Assembly (NCBI GenBank): GCA_038231275.1
Contig: JBBRLQ010000006.1
Span: 192,001-256,000 of the forward strand
Direction of reading: 5' to 3'
Source: Polyangiales bacterium
GTDB taxonomy: Bacteria; Myxococcota_A; Polyangia; Polyangiales; Polyangiaceae
Length of the DNA stretch: 64,000 nucleotides
This document shows, one piece after another, positions 9,440 through 17,570 of this stretch. Below the pieces are notes generated by a model. It searched no databases, was not told where the DNA came from, and saw only the letters and a list, made by a program, of their open reading frames with translations. Position 1 is the stretch's first letter, and every line of letters starts with the position of its first letter. A program made the translations under genes and the position numbers.

Positions 9440-10065
9440 GCCCGTCTCGCGGTCGCGGAGCGCTTGGCGACCTCCTCGAGGATTGCGCCGTAGCCGTACG
9501 CCGTTCGGCGCATGTTGTCGCAAACGAGCGTGCTCTGCGCAGGGGTCGCCGCCTCGAGCGCACGGAGCGCCTTCTCGATGTGCCCGGCGTCCTCGGCGGA
9601 GTGGAGCTTCACGAACGCCGCGGCCTTCTCCCCGTGCGCACGCACGACCTCGTCCTTGACCCAGTCGCCCTCGCGCACGCTCGTCACCTCGAGGACGAGG
9701 ATGTATCCGAAGAGGGCCATCGGATCCTGGTGCTCCACCGCGAAGTACTGCGACGCGTAGAACATGTGTGTCGCCGGCAGCTCGGTGAACGCGCCGAGCG
9801 GGAAATCGAGGGCGTTCAGGTCGTGGATGCAGAGGAGCTCGTGCTTCTTCTCTTCGCTCATGTGCTTGGCGAAGCGGTGGTGGAGCGCGTTGCCCGTCTC
9901 GTCCGTCGGAAAGCGCGCGGCCGCGGCGGCGAGGAGGCGCGTCGAGTGCTTCACGTAGTGGTAGGTCTGCGCCATCCAGTCGCCGTACGCGACGCGATCG
10001 CTCCAGGGAAACGCGCGGATCGCCGCGCGCACGGTCGTCATGCTCTGATCGAGAACGTTCTTCAT
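9436..10065 (-). CDS. Heme-oxygenase-like diiron oxidase (iron-containing redox enzyme family)
   Basis: True start MKNVLDQ at 10065; QTYHYV, H..EEKKHE, VLE, and H-x3-D-x2-H (HSAEDAGH) metal-ligand pattern as in CADD-type HDOs. Confidence 0.8.
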   Translation of the reverse strand: MKNVLDQSMTTVRAAIRAFPWSDRVAYGDWMAQTYHYVKHSTRLLAAAAARFPTDETGNALHHRFAKHMSEEKKHELLCIHDLNALDFPLGAFTELPATHMFYASQYFAVEHQDPMALFGYILVLEVTSVREGDWVKDEVVRAHGEKAAAFVKLHSAEDAGHIEKALRALEAATPAQSTLVCDNMRRTAYGYGAILEEVAKRSATARRA

Positions 10066-10829
10066 GTCTTCTCCGTCTTCTCCGTCGTGTCGGCCTTTTC
10101 CTGGAGGGCGCGCGCCACGAGGGCGCCCGTGACCTCTTCGATGAACGGCGTGAGCTCGAACCTGTCGCGCGCGTCGCGGTGGAAGGCGACGAGATCGACG
10201 GCGACGCCGTGATGCTGGACGTCGACCGCGAGGGCTCGTGCGCCCAGGCGGTACGCGAGATCGTTCATGCCGCGGTTGTTGCGGAGCGTGCCGGCCATCA
10301 CGTCGGCGTAGCTCGCGAGGAACCGCTCGACCGCGAGCGTGAGGAGCAGCTCCTTCGCGCGGAGCGGTCCGCGCGCGCCGCGCCACGCGGCGTCGACGGT
10401 TAGGTAGCTCCCGATGCACACGCGGCGCCCGACGCCGAGGAGCGCAGTCCGCGCGCTCGCGGGCCACGGCGCGAAGTAGGAGTCCTCTTGAACTTGCTTC
10501 ACGGAGAAGTCGACGAAGCGGAACGCCGTCATGCCCACGCACGCGTCCTCGTGGAAGAGGACGCCGAGCTCGTCTTGGCGCGTGAAGTCGTCGGAGAACA
10601 CCCGATCGGCGCCGTCGAGCTCGGCCAGCGCCTCGGTCCACACCCGTCGCCACGTCGCGTACGCGAGGTCGAGGTCGCGTCCGTCGCCGCGCGGGGTCTG
10701 GAGGACGTAGCGGAGGCTCGCAGGTTCGATCCCCTCGACGCGGCTTCGTGACGGCGCGATGCCGCTCTGACGGCGTGCGCGTTCTTCGATGGGGAGCTGG
10801 CGCTCGAGGGCCTCTGCGGTTCGCTTCAT
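10062..10829 (-). CDS. GNAT-fold protein resembling N-acyl amino acid/autoinducer synthases
   Basis: Helix AYATWRRVW, SDDFTRQD, strands GVLFHEDACVGMTAF, SYLTVDAAWRG (GNAT motif A-like), MNDLAYRLGA (motif B-like); ATGA overlap with the HDO gene. Confidence 0.55.
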   Translation of the reverse strand: MKRTAEALERQLPIEERARRQSGIAPSRSRVEGIEPASLRYVLQTPRGDGRDLDLAYATWRRVWTEALAELDGADRVFSDDFTRQDELGVLFHEDACVGMTAFRFVDFSVKQVQEDSYFAPWPASARTALLGVGRRVCIGSYLTVDAAWRGARGPLRAKELLLTLAVERFLASYADVMAGTLRNNRGMNDLAYRLGARALAVDVQHHGVAVDLVAFHRDARDRFELTPFIEEVTGALVARALQEKADTTEKTEKT

Positions 10830-10945
10830 CGCGCGAACGATTTAATCGCTCTCGGCTAACACGCCAGCCCGCGCGCGCGCTTTGCCAAAAAGACTTCGCG
10901 TGCGTCAGCGCGTTGACGCTCGGAGCACACGCGCGACGCGCACCT

Positions 10946-11545
10946 TCACGCGACGTGAACCGACGTGATCTTCGTCTTGGCCGCGAGCGTCGGCAGGAAT
11001 TTTTCGACGACGAGGACCGCCCACGCGTGCGCTTCGCGGCCGCGCGCGTGATGAGGGCTCACCACCGTGAGCTCGCCGGCCGGTCCGTCTGCTTCCGGTC
11101 CGAAGCCGCGCTCGACGCGGAGCCTGGAGCTCGGCGCGATGTCGGCGATCGCGTCCTCGGCGAACGCGAGATCCTGAATCGGCTCGGCGAGCACGACGCG
11201 CAGCTCGACGGCGCCGAACCCGTCGTCGTGCCCCCAGTCCGCCGAAAATTTCGCGAACCAGCCATCGAGGTCCACCTTCGCGGCCGCGAGACGCGCCTTC
11301 TCCCGCGCCACGACGGCGCGTGCGCGTAGCCGCGCGAAGAAGAAGAACGGGCTCCCGACGAGCGCGACCGCGAGCATGACCTCTGCGGCGACGACCTCCC
11401 CTTGCGTGTCGTGCTCCGCCATCGTCGCCGGCAACACCAGCGCCGCAACGGGAAGGAGCAGCAGGGCGCCGGCGCCGAGCGCGTGCATCCACGCCGTCCG
11501 CGGGTCGGCTTCGCGCGCGAACTTCGCCTCGTCCCCCTCGGACAT
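10946..11545 (-). CDS. Hypothetical membrane protein (2 TM)
   Basis: Two hydrophobic segments near the N-terminus; follows the CPBP protease on the same strand. Confidence 0.6.
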   Translation of the reverse strand: MSEGDEAKFAREADPRTAWMHALGAGALLLLPVAALVLPATMAEHDTQGEVVAAEVMLAVALVGSPFFFFARLRARAVVAREKARLAAAKVDLDGWFAKFSADWGHDDGFGAVELRVVLAEPIQDLAFAEDAIADIAPSSRLRVERGFGPEADGPAGELTVVSPHHARGREAHAWAVLVVEKFLPTLAAKTKITSVHVA

Positions 11546-11559
11546 GCGCCGAGCTTAGC

Positions 11560-12657
11560 TCACGCGGGCTGCCGGGCGGCACGATCGCGAAGCATGCGTC
11601 GAAGAAGCACGAACGCGACCGTGAGCACGATCACGCCGAGGACGATGAGCCCGCCCGTCCTCTCGATGACGTGCGCCACCCGATCGCTCTCCATCGCGTC
11701 GGGCATGAAGACGTTGTCCTTCGGCCAAAAGTCCACGGGGGTGGCGTGCCGATGCCGGAGCGCGAGCCAATCCATCAGGATGGCCACGGTGATGTGGACG
11801 AGGAAGCCCTGGTAGATGCTTCGCGTCTTCATCGACAAGCTGCCGAGCGCGATCCCCGCGATGATCGCGCCGCACGCCTCGAGGTACGGCTTTCCGTAGT
11901 GGATCATGCAGTACGGCACCGCCATCGCGAAGATCGCACCGGAGCCGAAGCTCTTTCTGAGCACGCCGAGCCACCACCCGCGGAAGAACATCTCGAGCGC
12001 GAAGAACTGCGCGAAGTACATCCCCTCCCACAGGAGGAAGTCGACCCAGCTGCGCGAGGAGTGCTTGTAGAAGGGGTAATACGTCCCGAAATCGGGCTCG
12101 CGGCTCACGAACCACATCGCTGGGAGGACGACGGCGAGGAAGAGTGCGTAGATCCACGCGTGCTCGAAGAAGCCGCGCGTCCGTAGCCCCATGTCGAGGA
12201 GCGAGTCCTTGCGGAAGAGGAGCTTCCACAGCGGAAACGGCACGAAGACGTAGCCGAAGATGCGCGTCCCGGCCCACCATGCGAAGCCGTACAGCTCGTC
12301 GTAGCGAGCGAGCTGGAACGCGTTGGGGTGCGTGAGCTCGTAGCGCGCGAGCATCGGGCGGAACGTCGTGTCGAAGTAGCCGCGCCCGCCGAAGTACTCC
12401 TGCATCGTGAGGACGACCGCGCAGATGATCAGCGCGAGGAACGGACGGTGATCCATTCGCCCCTCTTTGAGGAGGGCGCCGCGGTGACGGTGCGCGTCTT
12501 CGTCGAGCTCGCGCCACGTCGAGCGGAAGAAGAGCCACAAGAGCGGAAGAATGACGAGGAGGCCCGGGATCGGGATCAGCGGGCGGAACGTGGCCATGAA
12601 GGCGTCGAAGCCCGTCACCTCCGGCGCGCGTATCGCGAAATCGGGACCGAACGTCAC
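11560..12657 (-). CDS. CPBP (Abi/CAAX type II) intramembrane glutamic protease
   Basis: LEMFFRG, CMIHYGKP, FLVHIT motifs; multiple TM helices; GTGA overlap region just downstream of gltX. Confidence 0.85.
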   Translation of the reverse strand: MTFGPDFAIRAPEVTGFDAFMATFRPLIPIPGLLVILPLLWLFFRSTWRELDEDAHRHRGALLKEGRMDHRPFLALIICAVVLTMQEYFGGRGYFDTTFRPMLARYELTHPNAFQLARYDELYGFAWWAGTRIFGYVFVPFPLWKLLFRKDSLLDMGLRTRGFFEHAWIYALFLAVVLPAMWFVSREPDFGTYYPFYKHSSRSWVDFLLWEGMYFAQFFALEMFFRGWWLGVLRKSFGSGAIFAMAVPYCMIHYGKPYLEACGAIIAGIALGSLSMKTRSIYQGFLVHITVAILMDWLALRHRHATPVDFWPKDNVFMPDAMESDRVAHVIERTGGLIVLGVIVLTVAFVLLRRMLRDRAARQPA

Positions 12658-12669
12658 GTGGTGTTGCCC

Positions 12670-14115
12670 TTAAGCTCCCGCACCGTTCGCCCGGGCGTGC
12701 GCCGCGTCGATGCGCGCGAGCGATGCCTCGCGGCCCAGCACGGCGAGCACCTCCCAGAGGCCGGGGCTCGCGGTCTTTCCGGTGAGCGCGACGCGCGCAG
12801 GTTGACCGAGCTCCTTGATCGGAATCCCCGCCGACGCGAGCCACGCGTTCGTGCGCTCCTCGACGGCCTTTTCGTCCCACGCGTCACCGGCGCGGAGCGC
12901 GTCGCCGAAGCCCTTCAAGATCGGCGCGCTCGCCGCGACGAGGAATTTGGACGCGGCCGCCTCGTCGACCTTGGGCGGCTGGCGGAAGTAGAAATCGAGC
13001 ATCTCCGCCGCCTCGACGTACGCGCGCGCGCGCCCGCGGATCGTGCGGATCGCCTTCTTCAGCTTGGCGTCGTCGGTGACCGTGACGCCCGCCTTCTCGA
13101 GGAACGGCTTCACGCGCGTGACGTACTCGTCTTCGTTCGTGAGCGCGTCACTCTTCAGGTGCTCGAAATCGATCGCGAGGAATTTCTTCGCGTCGAACTT
13201 CCCGTCGCCGCGGCCGCAGTTCTCCCAGCTGAACGACGCGATGAGCTCGTCCTTCGAGAAGACCTCTTTGTCGCCGAACGACCACCCGAAGCGCGCGAGG
13301 TAGTTGAGGACGGCGACCGGTGAGTAGCCTTGATCGCGGTACTCGGTGACGCTCACCGCGCCGTGGCGCTTCGAGAGCTTCTCGCCGCTCGGCGCCAGCA
13401 TCATCGGCAGGTGCGCGAACTCCGGCGGCGCGACTCCGAAGGCGCCGTACAGCATGATCTGCGGCGGCGTGTTCACCATGTGATCGCGCCCCCGCGCGAC
13501 CAGCGTGATGCCCATCGTCATGTCGTCGACGACGGCGCCGAAGTTGTAGAGCGGGATCCCGTCGCTCCGGAGGAGGACGAAGTCCTGTTGCGCGGAGTTG
13601 GGCGTCACCACCTCGCCGAACACCTTGTCGACGTAGGTCACGTTCCCCTCCTTCGGCGTCTTGAAGCGGACGACGAACGGGAGATCGGGTTGGTCGTGGC
13701 GCGCGCGGCAGGTGCCGGGGTAGACGAACTGCGCTTTCGGGTCCTTCTTCTTCAAGGCCTCGCGCTGCGCGTCGAGCTCCGGCTTCGTGCAGTAGCACCG
13801 GAAGGCGCCGTCCTTCGCGATGAGGCGCTCGGCGTGCTCCTTGTAGATGGGGAGCCGCTCCATCTGCGTGTACGGCCCGTGCGCGCCGCCCTTGCCGGGG
13901 CCTTCGTCCCAGTCGATCCCGAGCCAGTCGAGTGAGTCGAGGATGATCTGCCGGCTCGCCTCGGTGCTGCGCTCCTGATCGGTGTCCTCGATGCGAAGGA
14001 CGAAGGCGCCGCCGGTCTTGCGCGCCCAGAGCCAGTTGAAGAGCGCCGTGCGCACCCCGCCGATGTGCAGGTAGCCGGTGGGCGACGGGGCGAACCTCAC
14101 GCGGGGCTTCGTCAT
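12670..14115 (-). CDS. gltX: Glutamate--tRNA ligase
   Basis: RFAPSPTGYLHIGG, LRIEDTD, KLSKRHG, anticodon domain RVALTG..SPGL. Confidence 0.97.
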   Translation of the reverse strand: MTKPRVRFAPSPTGYLHIGGVRTALFNWLWARKTGGAFVLRIEDTDQERSTEASRQIILDSLDWLGIDWDEGPGKGGAHGPYTQMERLPIYKEHAERLIAKDGAFRCYCTKPELDAQREALKKKDPKAQFVYPGTCRARHDQPDLPFVVRFKTPKEGNVTYVDKVFGEVVTPNSAQQDFVLLRSDGIPLYNFGAVVDDMTMGITLVARGRDHMVNTPPQIMLYGAFGVAPPEFAHLPMMLAPSGEKLSKRHGAVSVTEYRDQGYSPVAVLNYLARFGWSFGDKEVFSKDELIASFSWENCGRGDGKFDAKKFLAIDFEHLKSDALTNEDEYVTRVKPFLEKAGVTVTDDAKLKKAIRTIRGRARAYVEAAEMLDFYFRQPPKVDEAAASKFLVAASAPILKGFGDALRAGDAWDEKAVEERTNAWLASAGIPIKELGQPARVALTGKTASPGLWEVLAVLGREASLARIDAAHARANGAGA

Positions 14116-14256
14116 GGGCCCTCGGATTTACCAGAATTTCAACGCGAGCGCGCGGCCCGGTCACAGATCGGCCCGCCCGCACGACGAAGGGGGCAGAGAC
14201 GGTGAGCGGCGGCGAGCGCGAAGGCGCGAAGGCCCGCTCCCGAGGAGGCCTTCGTC

Positions 14257-15033
14257 ATGTTCGACGCGTCCGCCCGCGCCATGCGCAGGGCCGTTGCGGT
14301 GTGCCTTGGTGCGTCTTGCGCGGCGGTGATGGCGAGCGCCAGCGCCGGAAATCCGCACGAGACGAGCGCCCGCGAAGAGCCCCTCTCCGTTAAAGGTGAG
14401 TCCCGCACGACGTTCGCGTTCCGGCCCACGGACGTCTCGTCGCCGCGGCCCGCCGTCGTGTACTTGAACGGCCGCTGCGGCAAGACGACGAACGGCTGCC
14501 CACATTTCCGCGAAGGCACCGAGGGCTTCGGCTGGCTCGTCTGCCCACCCGCGAACGCCGCGTGCCCAGGCGGCGGCGCATCGTGGGGAGGGACCTCGAG
14601 CGACCGCCGCGCGATCGTCGACGCCGCCGTCGCCGACGTCGCGCGCGCGTTCCCTGGCCAGGTCGACACCGCCGCGCCGACCGTCCTCATCGGCTTCTCG
14701 CAAGGCGCATGGATCGCCCTGGATTTGGCGCGCCAAACACCTGCAAAGTACACGGGTCTCCTCCTCATCGGCGCCGACGTCGAGCCGCGCCCCTCCGATC
14801 TCGCCGCCGCCGGCGTCACGCGCGTGGTCTTGTCCGCGGGCGCCTACGACGCCGCCGCCGCGCCAATGGCCCGAACCGCAAAAGCCCTCGCTGCCGCTGG
14901 CGTCGACGCGCGCTTTGTGAGCCTCGGGACCGTCGGCCACACCTACGTCGCCGACGCGGACCACGCCGGCGCTCTTACTGCCGCTCTCGTTTGGCTGGAA
15001 CGCCGCGAAGAGATCGCGCGGCCCGGAACCTAG
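14257..15033 (+). CDS. Secreted alpha/beta hydrolase (esterase-like)
   Basis: Nucleophile elbow GFSQG, GAYD, GHT catalytic His; signal-peptide-like N-terminus. Confidence 0.8.
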   Translation: MFDASARAMRRAVAVCLGASCAAVMASASAGNPHETSAREEPLSVKGESRTTFAFRPTDVSSPRPAVVYLNGRCGKTTNGCPHFREGTEGFGWLVCPPANAACPGGGASWGGTSSDRRAIVDAAVADVARAFPGQVDTAAPTVLIGFSQGAWIALDLARQTPAKYTGLLLIGADVEPRPSDLAAAGVTRVVLSAGAYDAAAAPMARTAKALAAAGVDARFVSLGTVGHTYVADADHAGALTAALVWLERREEIARPGT

Positions 15034-15103
15034 GCACCGACCCCGGTGCTGAGGCTGCGCTTCTGAAACGCCACCCGGCAGCGGGGAGCGGTATGCTCGG
15101 AGA

Positions 15104-16570
15104 ATGCGCCGACCCTCCCCTTTTGCCTTCGCGCTTCTGCTGGCTTGCCTCGGCGGGTGCGCGTCGCTTCTCGGGGATTTCGACGCGCCGAGCGTCGCCG
15201 CGGGCGGTGATGGTGGCGGCGACGCGACGGCCGAAGCGTCGAGCAGCGGAGCCCCCGACGGGTCCGGGGACGGTACGGGTGACGACGGGGCAGCGGACGG
15301 CAAGAAGCCCACCGACGGCAGCGGCGACACGAGCCCGCCTCTCGGCACGCTGACGTGCGATACCCTCGTGCTCGCCAGCCCCTTCGTCGTGGCCGATCGC
15401 AATGGGCTCAATCCGAACGGCTTTACCGATCTCGCCGCGTTCGCGGTGAGCCCCACCGTCACGCGCGTCGCGGCGACGATGAACGGCGCGACGGTCTTCA
15501 CCGTGTACTCGATCGATTCGTCCGGCGCCGTACCCACGGTCACGTCCGCGAGCCTCGCGACCGGCGGTGGGACGGTCCTCGGCACGATGCGCGTGGCCGG
15601 CGGCTTCGGCGTCATCGTGCAGTCGCCGGTTGGAGCGAACGGCTCTAGCGTGTCCTTGTATGTTTTCCGCGACGCCGCGCCGGTGACGCCGCTGCCCGCG
15701 CCGGTGGCGCTCGCGTCGCTCAGCGGCATCTCGCGGTCGGACCTGGGCGCCGCCGTCGTCGAGCTCGCGGCGGGTACGTATTACGTCGCGATCATGACCA
15801 AGGATGCAACCGCGTCGGTCTACGGTCTGAATGTCGGCATCGCCACCGGCGGCGTCGCTGCGAACTTCACGGCGGCCGAAACGTCGAGCACGAAGGACTA
15901 CCAGCTCCCCGTCGCCGTGCACGTGGGGAGCACGATCTACCTCTACGTGAGCGCGAGCACCGGCGCCCTCGCCTTCTACGCCCTGCCCGATAGCGGGACG
16001 ACGGCGGGTGTTGTGCGCAAGCCGCTCTCTGGCCTCGCCCTGGGCAAGGTCTTCTTCGGCGGCATGCTCGACGGGGTGGGCGGCTCGGCGACGGGCAAGA
16101 CGAACCTCGCCTACTTGGAGGAGGACGCGAACGACGCCGGCAACGCGCTCGGCTCGCTCTCGTACCGCGCCGCGGCGGTCGACGACAACGCGCTGCCCAC
16201 GCTGACGTCGGTGTCGAGCATCGCCTTCGGCAAGACCTATAGCGATCCCGCGGTCGGCCCGTTCTCCGCCGCCGGTCACTTCTTCGGCGACGACTTCGCG
16301 ATCATCGCGCCGGGGCTCACGTCCGGCGGCGGATCTACCGCCTGGGTGAACTTCCTTTGGCTCGATGCCACCGGCGTCGTCCGCGGCGAGCGCAGCGGGG
16401 CGGTGCAGGGGCTGCTCCCGGGCATCGGCACGTTCGTGCGTCGGATGGTGACGGCGCCTGGCGTCCGCGGCGCGACGGCGGCGACGTGGAACCTGGCGTG
16501 GTCGCAGTACGACCCGGCGCAGGGCAACTCGGACAAGCTCTACTTCCAAACGCTCAAGTGCCACCTATGA
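15104..16570 (+). CDS. Hypothetical lipoprotein, beta-rich
   Basis: Lipobox LGGC, G/D/S-rich linker, long beta-strand-rich body. Confidence 0.75.
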   Translation: MRRPSPFAFALLLACLGGCASLLGDFDAPSVAAGGDGGGDATAEASSSGAPDGSGDGTGDDGAADGKKPTDGSGDTSPPLGTLTCDTLVLASPFVVADRNGLNPNGFTDLAAFAVSPTVTRVAATMNGATVFTVYSIDSSGAVPTVTSASLATGGGTVLGTMRVAGGFGVIVQSPVGANGSSVSLYVFRDAAPVTPLPAPVALASLSGISRSDLGAAVVELAAGTYYVAIMTKDATASVYGLNVGIATGGVAANFTAAETSSTKDYQLPVAVHVGSTIYLYVSASTGALAFYALPDSGTTAGVVRKPLSGLALGKVFFGGMLDGVGGSATGKTNLAYLEEDANDAGNALGSLSYRAAAVDDNALPTLTSVSSIAFGKTYSDPAVGPFSAAGHFFGDDFAIIAPGLTSGGGSTAWVNFLWLDATGVVRGERSGAVQGLLPGIGTFVRRMVTAPGVRGATAATWNLAWSQYDPAQGNSDKLYFQTLKCHL

Positions 16571-16746
16571 CGAGTTCATGACGCGCGCGAGGCTCGCGCG
16601 AGCCGAACTCGCCGCCGAGCCATCACGGAGAATCCTAGCGCTCCCCCGGCCCGGCCGGCGAGCCTTGTCAGACGTAATGCGGTCCGGTTCCTCGGCACGC
16701 CCGCCGCTGGCTTCCCTCGAAAGGTGCGTTACCGTCATGAAGCATC

Positions 16747-17121
16747 ATGGGATCCGAAAAGTACCCGCCCGCGCCACCGGATCACGAGAGAGAGCACCTT
16801 CGACGGGGCGACGCCTTCGTGAAGGTCGGTGACACGCACAGCGCCGTGAAGGAATACCTCTCCTACTGCGAGTACCTCGAACACCACCCGCCTGCCGCCA
16901 CGCTCAAAGTGGCAGCCGTTCGCAAGCAGGTCCTGATGTTGCTCCCCGATCGGCGCGACGTGCGCCGCAGCTTGGCCGAGAACTACGTTCAGCTCGGGCT
17001 CGTCGATGAGGCACGAACCGAGCTGCGACGGCTCATCTCGGAGTGGGAGGCGGCGGGGAACCAAGCGGCGCGCGCAGAGGTGCTCGCGCGACTCGAGAAG
17101 CTCTCCCCGTCTCCCGGATGA
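16747..17121 (+). CDS. Small TPR-like protein
   Basis: GDAFVKVGDTHSAVKEY and LAENYVQLGLVDEARTEL TPR-like helices. Confidence 0.65.
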   Translation: MGSEKYPPAPPDHEREHLRRGDAFVKVGDTHSAVKEYLSYCEYLEHHPPAATLKVAAVRKQVLMLLPDRRDVRRSLAENYVQLGLVDEARTELRRLISEWEAAGNQAARAEVLARLEKLSPSPG

Positions 17122-17140
17122 TGTTGGTGTTGATATTCAT

Positions 17141-17245
17141 CGGACGCCGACCCCGACTCCGACTCCGACTCCGACTCCGACTCCGACGCCGACTCCGACT
17201 CCGACTCTGATTCCGATTCCGACTCCGACTCCGACTCCGGTTCCG
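17141..17245. repeat. Intergenic hexamer tandem array (CCGACT)n, about 17 units
   Basis: Read directly: mostly ccgact units with variants ccgacc, ccgacg, ctgatt, ccgatt, ccggtt. Confidence 0.95.
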
Positions 17246-17286
17246 TCACCACTTGTTGCACGTGCGCGACGCGAAGACCGGGGACA
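17246..17286 (-). repeat. 41-bp diverged copy of the 3' end (including stop) of the lipoprotein gene at 19956-19996
   Basis: tcaccacttgttgcacgtgcgcgacgcgaa(g/c)acc(g/c)gggaca; 2 mismatches. Confidence 0.95.
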
Positions 17287-17380
17287 GTCTCCTCCTCATC
17301 GGCGCCGACGTCGACCCGCGCCCCTCCGATCTCGCCGCCGCCGGCGTCACGCGCGTCGTCCTCGCCGCGGGCGCCTACGA
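17287..17380 (+). pseudogene. 94-bp diverged internal fragment of the alpha/beta hydrolase gene (copy of 14756-14849)
   Basis: LLLIGADVDPRPSDLAAAGVTRVVLAAGAYD versus LLLIGADVEPRPSDLAAAGVTRVVLSAGAYD; 5 nt mismatches. Confidence 0.9.
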
Positions 17381-17522
17381 TGGAGCGGCCCGGCATCGTC
17401 GTGGCGGAGAAATAGCGTCGGCGGCGGCGTCGGCGTCGAACGCTGCGTTGCATGCAACCCATGTCGCGATGCGCTTCTCCTCCGCGATGCTTCGGATTTG
17501 GCCCCAACCGGCCCCTCGGAGG

Positions 17523-17538
17523 TGGCATACGTGGTGCA
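17523..17538 (+). promoter_or_regulatory. Candidate sigma-54 (-24/-12) promoter
   Basis: TGGCATACGTGGTGCA = TGGCA..GG-N10-GC spacing, 33 nt before the ATG at 17571. Confidence 0.55.
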
Positions 17539-17570
17539 CTGCACCGCAGCTTCTTCCGCCAAGGGGACAA

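Noticed and set aside
10872..10887. Sigma-54-like TGGCAAAGCGCGCGCG upstream of the GNAT gene (minus strand)
   Set aside because: The -12 GC falls within a GC dinucleotide run and lacks TTGC, so the match is uninformative.
14756..17380. Diversity-generating retroelement TR/VR pair (near-identical repeats)
   Set aside because: Mismatches are not adenine-specific, and no reverse transcriptase is present in the window.
17141..17390. Possible CRISPR array or prophage/ICE att site
   Set aside because: No repeat-spacer structure or cas genes. No integrase or phage genes lie between the 41-bp repeats, and a second gene fragment is also duplicated, which simple att integration does not explain.
17253..17570. 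N-terminal extension of the 893-aa ORF as a real hydrolase fusion
   Set aside because: It is the scar read in frame by chance; the RBS, signal peptide and promoter candidate point to the ATG at 17571.
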